In this document: one piece after another, positions 1 to 10,859 of the stretch | Numbering within the stretch: position 1 is the first letter of the stretch | How the letters are laid out: the number at the start of each line of letters is the position of its first letter | DNA from: Sphaeroforma arctica JP610 | Taxonomy: Eukaryota | DNA: 63,858 bases | Reading direction: 5' to 3' | Assembly (NCBI RefSeq): GCF_001186125.1 | Contig: NW_014040373.1 | Span: 35,020 to 98,877, forward strand | Position numbers and translations under genes: made by a program | Notes under the pieces: generated by a model | What the model was told of the DNA's origin: nothing | What the model saw: only the letters and a program-made list of their open reading frames with translations | Databases searched by the model: none

Positions 1-439
1 GGTCCTCCGATCAGCCAACCAGATGTGCCCATCTGATGAAGGCCAAGTCGGTAATTCTTGATATGTGGCAAGTTATTAATTAAGGCAATATCTAAGGACA
101 TCAAGAGTTTTTTTCTTTTTTTTCTTTTTCTTTTTCAAAATATAGGATTTTATGAGTCTCTCGGATTCGCCCCAATGAAACATACCATAGTTTCTAATAG
201 AGCGACCACGAAACACTAAATAAAATCCCTTCGGCGGGAACAGTACTGAGAGGATTATATAAAGGCAATGTCTCAGCCTCACAATCCCTCAGAGTATTGC
301 TGTTTTCACGAGGCATACCTAACTTTACTAAATGTCTCATTTCGTTTATTTACTTTGCTATTTTTACGATACTTAGAATTTACCTACGCGTACATTTACT
401 CTAAGGCGTTAATATCGCCTTAATAGACCGAATCTTACA
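1..439 (+). repeat. 5' LTR of family A (3' part only)
   Basis: Aligns with ~6262-6697 (e.g. CTGATGAAGGCCAAGTCGGTAATTCTTGATATGTGGCAAG) and ends in CA at 438-439. Confidence 0.92.
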
Positions 440-565
440 CATTTTTAAGTTAGCAAAGGTATTAATTACTTAGACTACTTAAACGTAAAGGTAGAAAACT
501 ACCACAATTTTTCTCCTGTCAAAGCTAGTCCTTAAGAGACCAGCTAGCAGTCATAAGTTAAGATT

Positions 566-1420
566 ATGACCAAGAAAGACAATTCTCCTTCTAAGAAGCG
601 TAGAGCTGAAAAGAAGAGAATGGAAAGAGACGCCGCTGCTGCAGCCGCATTTAACGCGACCGCAGAAGAGGACAATCAATCGGTAACCGAAATCATTGCT
701 ACTGGTATTAATAACCAGGACAATACAACAGATAAGGGTGGAGACACTCAATTAAGAGAGAAGTCCCCTGAAGAAAGAGCCCGCGTGCCAACTATTGCGT
801 TTGCTTCGAAGCTTACGTTTACGAAGCCAAGAAGCCATGCAAAAGGATCGGTTAAGGCGATCCCTACTAAACCTGATGAGAACACTCAGAAGGATCTAAC
901 TCCAATTACAGAGAAAGGAGACAACCCGCTTAATGGAGAGGATGAGAAGGAAATCTCAGAGAGCCGACCCGAATCAGAATCAAACCAGCCATCACACATA
1001 AGTAAGTTGATCGATGAGAACACTGAACTTAAGAATCAGTTAGCCGCTCTTCAGAAGCGAATGACCTCGCAGGAGAAGGCGGTTGTTAAGAAACCGCGAG
1101 AACAGACCGATCAAGGGTACGTATCCAGGCAGACCTCAAACGAGAGACCCCAACATACACTTCCACGTGAATCTACTCAATTTACACTCCCTGTTAAGAA
1201 GATGCGTGCGGAGCACAAGGAACCTGCATACAAGCAAGTTAAGAAATGTGCTGATGAGAAATGTGTTTATGACATGTACCAGTTAACCCCTAACGGTTAC
1301 TGGAACGGGAAGCATGCCCAACCTTGTAAACACTACCTTACAAAATGCGATAAATGTGAGAAGACCAAAGGCTACCGCACTAAATCGTGTAACGTCAGAC
1401 CCGACATTAAGTTGGACTGA
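566..1420 (+). CDS. Gag-like ORF of family A with coiled coil and C-terminal Cys-rich/zinc-knuckle-like segment
   Basis: 284-aa ORF just after the 5' LTR, ending KCDKCEKTKGYRTKSC. It is in frame with the protease across a single TGA at 1418-1420. Confidence 0.75.
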   Translation: MTKKDNSPSKKRRAEKKRMERDAAAAAAFNATAEEDNQSVTEIIATGINNQDNTTDKGGDTQLREKSPEERARVPTIAFASKLTFTKPRSHAKGSVKAIPTKPDENTQKDLTPITEKGDNPLNGEDEKEISESRPESESNQPSHISKLIDENTELKNQLAALQKRMTSQEKAVVKKPREQTDQGYVSRQTSNERPQHTLPRESTQFTLPVKKMRAEHKEPAYKQVKKCADEKCVYDMYQLTPNGYWNGKHAQPCKHYLTKCDKCEKTKGYRTKSCNVRPDIKLD

Positions 1421-3595
1421 CGATACCACCAGGTACAATCGTTACATAGACAATACAAGGACTCTTTAGATGAGCGTCTAATAATCCCTGTATACTGCAA
1501 TGGAAATAAAATCCTTGCGTTGATTGATCCTGGTTCAGAAATTTCATGTATATCCGATCTCTTTGCATTAATGAAAGATATCGAAAGGAGAACACAAACA
1601 ACTCATCTCATTTTAGCTGATGATAAAACTGCTACGTGTGATACCATCGCCACAGATGTTAAAATCTCCCTGGCCGATGTTAGGAGTATCACTACTCAAG
1701 CTGTGATAGTTAAAATGTCACAGAAGTACGACATTATAGTCGGAACGAGTGATTTACTCACTCTAGGTATAACCGTAACTGGTCTACCAACTAACATAGA
1801 TCCATTAAAGAATCAATCAGACGATAACTATCTGAATCCATAAAAGCCCCCGTCAGACACAGTCAAGGCATTAATACCTGACTTTGCGGACAAAATCATG
1901 GATCTGATTCTTGTTGATAAAAAAATAAAGATCAAAGATTGGGCAAAATTCCGCTCTAACGACGGATATGTCAGCCTTGACTTAACCAAGGTAGACTTTA
2001 AACAGTTAAAGTGTCCCTCAAGGAACTGTGTATCCTGGAGACACGAGGCTGTTGTAAAAGAAAAGTTGAGAAGCGGCTAGCAGATGGTGTGATAGAAATT
2101 AACTATCAACAAACGCCAGTTAACTTGGCACTACTAGCCGTAGACCAACATAACTCTGACGGATCGTTTAAGAAAGTCAGAGTATGTTTAGATATGAGTC
2201 CAATAAATAAATTATTGCCGACTCATAGCTTCCACTTACCTCGTATTAACGAGCTACTGCGAAGGATGGAAGGTGCTACAGTAATTACAACTATAGATCT
2301 TACACAAGGATACCATCAAATGCAGGTATAGGGATAATATTATTTATTTCAAAAATGGCAAGTATGTATGATACAATGTATGAACATATGGTATGGCTCT
2401 CATAGTCGCTGTAGTGGTTCAGGAAAGATTGATGGGAAGAAGTGGTCAGTAAATTCTCGTTTGAAGCTTGGGCCAAGCGAGTCGACAATGGAAGATATGT
2501 GCTGAGTCAATTCGGGCCGGTGTTGACAAAACACAGTTACTATCGAATGTTCCATATATTCGCTTGCTGACCTACTAAGTAGAGTACCCACCTTTGTGGT
2601 ACAGATCGGGTCTGCGCCGTGTAGTGCCGCAGAATGGGTTAGTGCAGGAAAAGCCCCACCGTAAATACTTTAGCTTTACATGGAAAGGCAAACAATACCG
2701 GTTCAGAGGTGCACCTTTTGGGTTACACTCTTTACCAGCATTCTTCCAACAAGTAATGGAAGAAATGTTTGCAGACATGCCTAACGTGCAAGTCTATATA
2801 GATGACATAGTCACCTTTTCTAAGACTACAGGCGAACACGCCGCATTATTCAGACGAGTCCTTAAGAGACTCAATGAGCAAAACTTCAAGATTAACGAGA
2901 AGAAATGCCACTTCGCAATGAGCGAAATACAGCTCTCAGGCTACCATATATCTGGGGAAGATATTACGATCGACCCCGGTAAGGTAGAACACCTGTTAGA
3001 TTGGCGAACACCAACTACAGGAAGAGATCTTAACAGCATGTGTGGGTTTGTAAACTTCCTTTCAGATGGAGTACGACACTTAGCTGACTACCTTAAACCT
3101 TTTGGACACTTAAGGTGTCATAAAGGCAAACTAGGAGACTTGTGGACTAAAGAGTGTGATGACGCATTTAAAGCGCTCAAACACGCAGTCCAACAAGCCC
3201 CAGTTGTACAAGGGCCAGTCGATGACGTGCCGTTTGAAATAGCAACGGACGCATCAGACATAGCCTTAGGAGGAGTATTATATCAGGTTATAGATAACAA
3301 ACCTAGATATATACAATTCTTTAGTCGAGCAATGAATGCTTCACAGTTGAATTATCCAACTGTTAAACAAGAGCTATTAGCCATAGTGGCAGCTCTAACG
3401 CACTTCCGAGATTACTTATACGGAACAGCATTTACGCTGATGTGTGATCAGAAATCTCTATAATATGTGAAAGAGATGAAACCCGACTCACAATTACTGA
3501 GTCGCTGGCATGATACAATATCAAAGTTTCATTTTGATATAAAACATCTGCCAGGAATACATAACCATTTACCGGATATGTTATCACGTTTCGTA
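1421..3595 (+). pseudogene. pol: aspartic protease, reverse transcriptase and RNase H (disrupted)
   Basis: Motifs ILALIDPGSEIS; RVCLDMSPINK; IDLTQGYHQM; FRGAPFGLHSLPAFFQ; VYIDDI; IATDASDIALGGVL; HLPGIHNHLPDMLSR. Stops at 1841 and 3461, a frameshift near 2075 and an insertion at 2327-2642. Confidence 0.93.
2327..2642. mobile_element. 316-bp non-coding insertion element with 6-bp TSD (TGCAGG), inside RT
   Basis: TGCAGG lies at 2321-2326 and 2643-2648. A near-identical copy starts at 11871. The RT frame resumes exactly after it. Confidence 0.85.
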
Positions 3596-3630
3596 CCGAC
3601 TTTAATAAATCCGTACGTGAGTTACTAGCC

Positions 3631-4035
3631 ACTGACTGGAAATGTAATCCCAGGTGGTTTGAACTAGCTCAAAAGATATTTGGGACACATGCCATAGATA
3701 TGTTTGCTGCACATCATAATGCACAACTATCGAATTACAGGACTTTAAATCATCCTATGGGAGACGCCTTTCAAATAGACCTTTCCCAACATATTGCGTG
3801 GGCTAATCCACCATGGCAGATAATTGCCCAGCTATTAAATTATGTTCATATACATAAAGCTAGCATCACGTTGTGTTGCCCATTACGAAGTAAAGATCCA
3901 TGGCTTAATAAATTGATCAGTATGATTCAATGCGAGCCAATATATTTAGATAGGGAAGTAGATACTTTCCTATATCAGGGTACCCGAGCCGTCCAGAAGA
4001 CGCCCTGGAGACATACTATTATATGTCGTATAGAT
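3631..4035 (+). CDS. DNA N6-adenine methyltransferase-like domain (phage Dam / DIRS-MT type) within pol
   Basis: Frame-1 translation DWKCNPRWFELAQKIFGTHAIDMFAAHHNAQL...GDAFQIDLSQHIAWANPPWQIIAQLL...TLCCPLRSKDPW. NPPW is encoded at 3805-3816 and the motif-I-like IDMFA at 3694-3708. Confidence 0.85.
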
Positions 4036-4489
4036 CCCATTGGAGCAACCAAATGGACCCCTTCTGAGACCTTCGTTAACAAGGTCAAAGAATCAGAGAT
4101 TCCACTCTCTACCCAATTGAACATTATACAGTTCAAAGGCAACACAGCACTTGAAGTCTGTGCACAAGAAATACAATCTACTAATGTCACTACTGTTAAC
4201 AAGCGTCAGTCTCTAGCTAGGACTCAGTTTGATAACACAAAGTCCAAGCCCGAAGTCTTTCAAACCTATTTTTAAAGGGATTAATAAAAGAAAATCCTGA
4301 AGCGTATACATAAATAATGCGACTATTTAATAAGTCAGGTGTATTTAACGCACATGAGCGCGATTATGACACTCATGCGAAAGCAGGACAGGAGTCTGGA
4401 AACATTACAGACTTAGAAACCACGCAAGTGGATTCTCATCTCCCTACCTTTATTCTGGAGGAGCAGAATGATGAAAACATTCTTGCTTG

Positions 4490-5460
4490 GCTGACGTAAA
4501 ACCATAAGCTAAAGCACCAGAACGTAGTAGACGCACTCAAAAAAGCGAAGTAAAATGGGATCGCGCATCCTAAGCTGGCAACTTTAGTATATAAGTCATG
4601 TACAGACTGAGATCTCAATCAGATCAAGCACTATGGGCTCGCACTGCTGAAGAGTGTGACTGAAGGTGTTCCATGGCGCAGGGTCATCATTGATCTGGTT
4701 GACTTGCCCACGTCCGAGCACACAGGCGACCGTTACGTATGCCACTTCTTTGATGTGGCGTCACGGTTTAACTTGCTCTATCCATTAAAGAATAAGAATT
4801 CGCAGACCGTGGCAGAATTATGTTGCCAAGTCTTTGCTGACCACGGGTGGCCAGGTATTATGTGCACTGATAACGGTAGTGAGTTCTGCGATGACGTAGT
4901 GGAATCGCTAGTACTCGTATCAGGCATATGCCATAAGAGAGGTGTGTCATATAAGCCGCAAACGCAAGGTACGAATATAACGCGCAATAGAAAACTTCAG
5001 TTCTTCTTGCGTACTGCATTAACGGATGATGCAGATGATTGGCCGTACCACCTTAAGTGGGTACAAACACAGATGAACGACTGTGCTGATCAGTTTACAG
5101 GAACTACACCCGCTTACTATTATCGTGGCAGATATAGTGGGTTACAAATCTCCTTTAACAAGGACGAGCCTGATCACCATGAGTTACCATTGTTATAGAA
5201 GGTACAATGTATTTATAACGTTGTATATCCTTGCTTGCGCGAAATACGCAATATAGCCTTATTGAAAGGGCAAAAGCGTTGGAACACTACCAAAAAGATA
5301 GCAGAGTATCAGCTTGGTGACAGAGTTAACATCCGTCAACGTAATTACGATACTACTGTATTAACATCTAAATGTATAGGTCCATATATGATCTCTGTAG
5401 TAGACACTAAAGGTGAAACGTACGAGGTAAATAACCCCGATGGTTCTAGAGCGCTTAATA
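4490..5460 (+). pseudogene. DDE integrase (HHCC, core, GPY/F) of family A
   Basis: NHKLKH...SCTD* zinc-finger remnant; PWRRVIIDLVD; DVASRF; MCTDNGSEF; YKPQTQG; KCIGPYMI. In-frame stops are present. Confidence 0.92.
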
Positions 5461-5524
5461 TAGGCACAAGTCGTATTCCGAGTACAGAGATTATACTCGC
5501 AAGAAGACATGACTCTATTGCCCC

Positions 5525-5685
5525 TCTTGATCGTACTAAATTTAACGACATTATATGGAGAACGGATAAGGGAAGGCTATACATACTATCGTACACGCTT
5601 TATAGATGGTACAATAGATGAGTTGACTTCAGATGCTTTCGATAACCAAGACTATTTAAAAACCTTTAATTGAAAATGGAGTAAA
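5525..5685 (+). other. Chromodomain-like C-terminus of the family A integrase (frameshifted)
   Basis: Clearer in the second copy (ORF 57834-58301): FEFKDIIWRTDKGGNTYYRIRCIDGTIAELTSDAFDNQDYLKAF. Confidence 0.55.
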
Positions 5686-5947
5686 GGCCTGCATAAGTCA
5701 CAAGCTGAAAAAGATAGCATGTTTCCATCGTCTTAAGGCACGGAAGTTAAAACTTATCCGCCTACAGCATTTATCCCGAGCCTTAATGCTCACCCTTCAT
5801 ATGTGCTTAAGACAACTCCGCCTGAGAAACAGTAAATATACGTTATGCTACTTGATGTTTTAGACCCATTTTCCTTTTTACTTTTTGACCCATAACCAGA
5901 TTGAGTGAGCAACTTGCTTCTCCTGGGTTTCAAGGCTGCGTGGGTTC

Positions 5948-6697
5948 TGTATAAATGCCGGGCCTCCACATTAGAATCTTGTAATATAAACGTACTCTTA
6001 ATAGTACGTAAAACGTTCTCTTAAAAGTACGTAAACTCTTAATTGGGTTTTAACAGTTTTTATTAATTAAATACCTTTTCCATTTTACATATCAGATATT
6101 TAGACAAGGCCATTAAAAGGCTTCAGTAAAATACCAAATATAAGAGTTGGTCTAGTTCTATCAATATAACTATATTAACCTTCCAAATCTATTTATATCT
6201 GAATACTTCGGTAGCGAGATGGCTCAACCGAACATAGGTTTCTAAGGACTATTAGCGTTGCTTCGTTCAGCCAACCAGGTGTGCCAGTCTGATGAAGGCC
6301 AAGTCGGTAATTCTTGATATGTGGCAAGTTATTGGTTAAGGCAATATCTAAGGACACCAAGAGTTTTTTTCTTTTTTTCTTTTTCTTTTTCTAAAGATAG
6401 GATTTTATGAGTCTCTCGGATTCGCCCAACGAAACATACCATAGTTTCTATTAGAGCGACAACGAAGCACACTAAATAAAAACCCTTCGGCGAAAACAGT
6501 ACTGAGAGGATTATATATAGGCAATGTCTCAGCCTCGCAATCCCTCGGAGTATTGCTGTTTTCACGAGGCATACCAACCTAACTTTACGAAAAGACTCAT
6601 TTCATTTATTTACTTCGTATTTATTTAAATTTAGACTTAACCTAGGCGTTTAATTACTCCAAGGTGTTAATATCGCCTTGATAGACCGAATCTTACA
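5948..6697 (+). repeat. 3' LTR of family A (5' boundary approximate)
   Basis: Starts at TGTAT after a G-rich PPT-like stretch (GGGTGGGGG in the second copy) and ends TTACA at 6697. Matches 1-439 and the reverse complement of 57105-57510. Confidence 0.8.
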
Positions 6698-7017
6698 GTA
6701 AGGGGTCACACAACAGACGCGCGAGTGCTATCAATGATGCAAATGTGCACAGGACAATCTGACACAATCAAGAAGTTCAAGACAATAGACGAGCTGTCAA
6801 CAAGACCGAACTTCCCCGGTGACATCACTGGGACCGAACATCTCACTAAGATCACATATGAGAAAATAGTTTCTCACATGATGGAATAACACTAGTGACA
6901 ATAAGTTCTCACGTGACGGAATAAGCACAAGTGACGTCACACGATAAGCTTGACTATCAAACACCGTATATATCCCTCACAATTACAGGCAACAAAGCAA
7001 CAAGCTACGGGTCATAC

Positions 7018-8965
7018 CAGGTGCTCATGGGCTCAGGGACTCATGGACGCAGGGGCGTAGGGGCTTAGAGACTCGGGGATTAGGGCTTAGAGACTTGGCT
7101 ATCTGCCTCGGCTGGCTGGCTGGCTGGCTGGGCGGGCTGGGTTGGCTGGCTGAGCTGGCTGGCTGGCTGGGTTCGAGAGTAGTATAGGTTGGTAGCGCGA
7201 CAGTAGAGTGACCTGATACGATGTTAGCGTGCGGTACAGGGGACTATAAGTAAAGTGTTAGTGTTTTTAATGTATGGTGCGTTCGAATGAATTAATTTAT
7301 GATCTCACCCTCAGTTATATACTGATGGTGTTTGTACTCGTGTTCAACCACTTGGGTTGGCCAGGGTAAAGACTCCTATGATCAGTATGAGAAACCTTAT
7401 GCAGAACACTTTAGCACTCGGAGTTATTTTCCAGAAATAAATATATCATACTATATGTTACTACACTCAGTCTCGAACCTCGGCTCTAGGCTAGCCGGTG
7501 GCCCGTATTCTATAAATAGAATAATCTGAGAAGAAGTCCCAAGTTACTCTTACGTTCTCTCGGGCTGACCCACCTATACCTATATTAATTTGAGAACAAG
7601 TCCCAAATTACTCTCGGGCTGACGACGTAAGACGTTATTAACGTATATAGAAATACGTCTTCTACTGTAGTCTCTCACTTCCCCTCAATTTTACAATCAA
7701 GGGCTAAAGGCTAGAGGATGAAGGCTGAAGGCTGAAGACCTAGATTGTGAAATTGTTGACTCTGACACTTCTGTAGATGGGTTGGGCGAAAAACGTTGAA
7801 CAAACAGATGAATATTTGTCAAAAACGTTGACGAATTGGAGCTGTTGAGTATAGACTCGATGAAAATTGATGAAAACGTTGACTCGTTAGGACTGTTGAC
7901 TCGATTAAATTGCCGAAAACGTTGACTTTCTGAAGAGTAGACTATCTCCTGCACAGTGACAGGCTTCATGACAGGGCGTAGATAATCATCTGTACGGGGA
8001 CAGGCATCACAATGTCGCAGGTAAATTTACTCATGAGATCTTGAAAAAACATTTGCTTTTAGAAGCGGTGTCGAGTGTCGAGTGTCGACTGTGGTGTGGA
8101 TGCTAGACAGCTCCCTTCTGCGTTGTGGCATAGTAGTGTCGTATTTGTTGTCGTTTGGTCGTTGTCGTAAATTTGCTAGTTATTGAAGCTACGAAGACTT
8201 GTGACGAATATCCAAGAAAAAATGGGTTGCAAAATATTTGCAACAGGAGCAAAAAAAAACCCCCAAAAATCACCGAAATTCCAAGTCAAAAATCAACGAA
8301 AAATAAATTTCGCGCAAAACAAAATAACCACACAAGCTTATCTCGATTGATGATTGGTCCAGGAGAAGAAAAAAAATTGGTGCTAGGCTGCTCAGCCTGT
8401 AGCGGGTCGACGGGACCAAAAATACTCCAGGCGATAAAAATTCAAGATAGAGTAATCGATGCTGTCGAAGCGGAAGAGTCGGAGTCCGGAGACACCGAGA
8501 GACAGTGGACTCTCTACAAAGTAGGCTGACTCGGGGCTCAGGGCTGAGGTCTCGGGTCTCGGGTCTCGGGTCTCGGGGCTCAGAGCTCAGGGCTCAGGGC
8601 TTAGGGACTCATAGTCAGGGCCTCAAGGCCTCAGGGACTCACGGACTCAGGGGCTCATGGGCTAAGGGACTCTTGGACTCGGGGGCTTAGGGGCTTAGAG
8701 ACTCGGGGATTAGGGTTATCTGCCTCGGCTGGGCTGGGCTGGGCTGGCTGGCTGGCTGGCTGGCTAGACTGGTTGGCTGGGCTGGGCTGGGCTGGGTTGG
8801 CTGGCTAGGCTGGTTGGCTGGCTAGTGCGGTACAGGGGACTATAAGTAAAGTGTTAGGGTATTTAAAGTATGGTGCATTCGAATGAATTAATTTATGATC
8901 TCACCCTCAGTTATATACTGATGGTGTTTGTACTATTGTTCAACCACTTGGTTTGGCCAGGGAAA
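7018..8965. mobile_element. ~1.95-kb non-coding insertion bounded by ~350-bp direct repeats containing (GGCT)n
   Basis: 7024-7366 and ~8590-8962 are direct repeats ending TTGGCCAGGG. The flanks join up as the gag-leader sequence seen uninterrupted at 13255-13340. Confidence 0.6.
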
Positions 8966-9270
8966 ACCTCATATACACGGTAAACACGTACAGCGGAAGT
9001 GTAGCAAAGCAACAACACTGTAACAGTAAGTAATTATTTTATATGAATTATTACTAAAGACGGGAGGGAGGGGGGGGGGGGGGCGTACATCAACGGAGAC
9101 ATCTGAAAATGCTAACAGCAACCAGAACAAGCGTGTACGGTGAAGGAGAAGGGAGTGAAGGCGCGGATGACGTGGGAGTCAGTCCAATGGGGGGGGCGGG
9201 GGGGGGGGGAAGCCCAGACAATGGTTTGTACTAACCTACACCGGCGGGGGTACCCATTGTAGCGTCAGTA

Positions 9271-10549
9271 ATGCGTCTAGAAACAGACGAGAATACCTGT
9301 CAAGGCAATCACGTTTTGGTGAGTTGGTTTGCGTTCAAATTGGAACAAACAGCACCAGTTCCCATACCAACTCTACATAAGATGAGGGTAGACATACATG
9401 ACCAACAGCCAGAGCGCCGTATGCCACTAGTGGATGCGGAGCTCAGACGACGATATGACCAAGCGATTAATGATTGTGGTAATGATGAGGAAGACAAACT
9501 TATCCAAATCAGTCTGTATATTAGTGAGCTATAGATCATGCGCTCACGTCTAGGCAATCAGATAAACAAACCATCTACTAAAATGCTACTATAGACTTCG
9601 GAATTTCTTAAGATGCCTAAGGATAGTTTCGTTAGAATGGAAAACTGTGATGATATGATAGAGTGTACTACACAATGTAGTGATCTATTCTTAACTAAGT
9701 CAATGCCTCTGTGCCAGTACCCAGCACTAGTGCGAAGTCTATTGGATTTCACCGACGCACCGGAGTAGACCAAATCAGTACTCAATAACTTAAGAAATTC
9801 TGAGACACATGCAACCAGGTACTTCACCGATCCTGAACAGTTCAATAGAATTATGATTGATCGACTCAGATCGCAACCAGTAGACTATCTATTGGAGAAT
9901 TTTCTAAATGACATGCAGAATAAGAAGATGAACGTTGAAGTGCGCACAGAGCGTGTGCACAAGACAATGGCGATATTGAAGGAGCGTTACCGCAACTCGG
10001 ACAAGAGACCTATACACTTACAAATCCTCAAAGTACAAAGGTACATAGCACTTAGGTACTATGGATTGCAATCAGTTGTAGATACTCTCATTAAAAGTGA
10101 CAAGCAACCGGATAGGAGGGAAGGACACTTGTCCGACATGGACCACGGCAAGTTTCATACTATGACTGAGACACACATAACAACGGCGGCTGTGACACAA
10201 GCAGAGCGTATGTTGAGATATCAGGTGCGAGCAGCAAACAAACGTAACAATGCACAGACTACCACACCGGCGGAGGCGAACACTACCAATGCTAACAAAC
10301 GGTACAAAACAGACAATGGTGCAAACGACCACCATCCCACATGGGAACAGGCACAGGAGAAGAAAGGGGCACGTGAAGAGCGTGCTTGCCCCTACTGCCT
10401 GGTAATGACATCCCCATATCGGTTCAGTAATGTCCCAAGAAGAAAGCGAACCAAGTAAAGCAGGCTGAGCACCAAGCCAAGAAAGATGTGCAGATAGCAA
10501 GAATATCCATTACATCTGGCAAGGTGGAAGACATCACAGAAAGTGATGA
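9271..10549 (+). pseudogene. Gag-like pseudogene of a second retroelement family (copy 1)
   Basis: Repeated at 13639 and 17978. C-terminal CPYC-x6-H/Y-x4-C knuckle (RACPYCLVMPAPHRFSKCP in copy 3). Followed by a PPT-like tract and an LTR-like sequence. Confidence 0.7.
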
Positions 10550-10569
10550 CCCTGAAAACACTGGTGGGC

Positions 10570-10859
10570 GGAAGCAAACCTAGTTGTCCTGGCTGACAGA
10601 CTCAATGTATTTACAAATGAAGAAATAATATTAGAGTCATCAGAAATATTAGCGGTAGAACCGATAAGATATACCAGGACTCCCCGGTGTGAGAGAAACA
10701 CTCAAGTATATCCTGAGTCTAGTGAAGAAAAAAACAAATAGAGACTCAGTTCAGTTCGCTCAGACTAGGGACTTTTCCTAGCTGAGAAAACCGTACCTGA
10801 GAAGAGGTCTATTGTATTCCTTTGTCACGTACCTTCCAGCTACTCTCCTTACTTAGACA
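10570..10859 (+). repeat. Diverged LTR related to family B LTRs
   Basis: 10630-10850 aligns with the reverse complement of 14762-15077. Preceded by AACACTGGTGGGC (AACACTGGGGGC in family B). Confidence 0.6.

Larger units (their letters stand above)
1..6697 (+). mobile_element. Ty3/Gypsy (chromovirus-like) LTR retrotransposon, family A, decayed; 5' LTR truncated by the window edge
   Basis: Direct repeats 1-439 and ~6262-6697 both end ...AATCTTACA. Internal order is Gag, protease (LIDPGS), RT (YIDD), RNase H (TDAS...ELLA...CDQKSL), NPPW domain, integrase, chromodomain-like. There are several stops and frameshifts. Confidence 0.95.

Noticed and set aside
30..60. Hammerhead ribozyme core CTGATGA in the family A LTR
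   Set aside because: No stem II closing to GAAA follows CTGATGAAGGCC, so the motif is incomplete.
2580..2642. HDV-like ribozyme at the end of the 316-bp insertion (ACCCA...GAATGGGT)
   Set aside because: The L3 consensus and the catalytic C position do not match; only generic hairpins are present.
1..6697. Classification as a DIRS element because of the MT domain
   Set aside because: There is no tyrosine recombinase, inverted LTR or ICR. It has a protease, DDE integrase and direct LTRs ending in CA.
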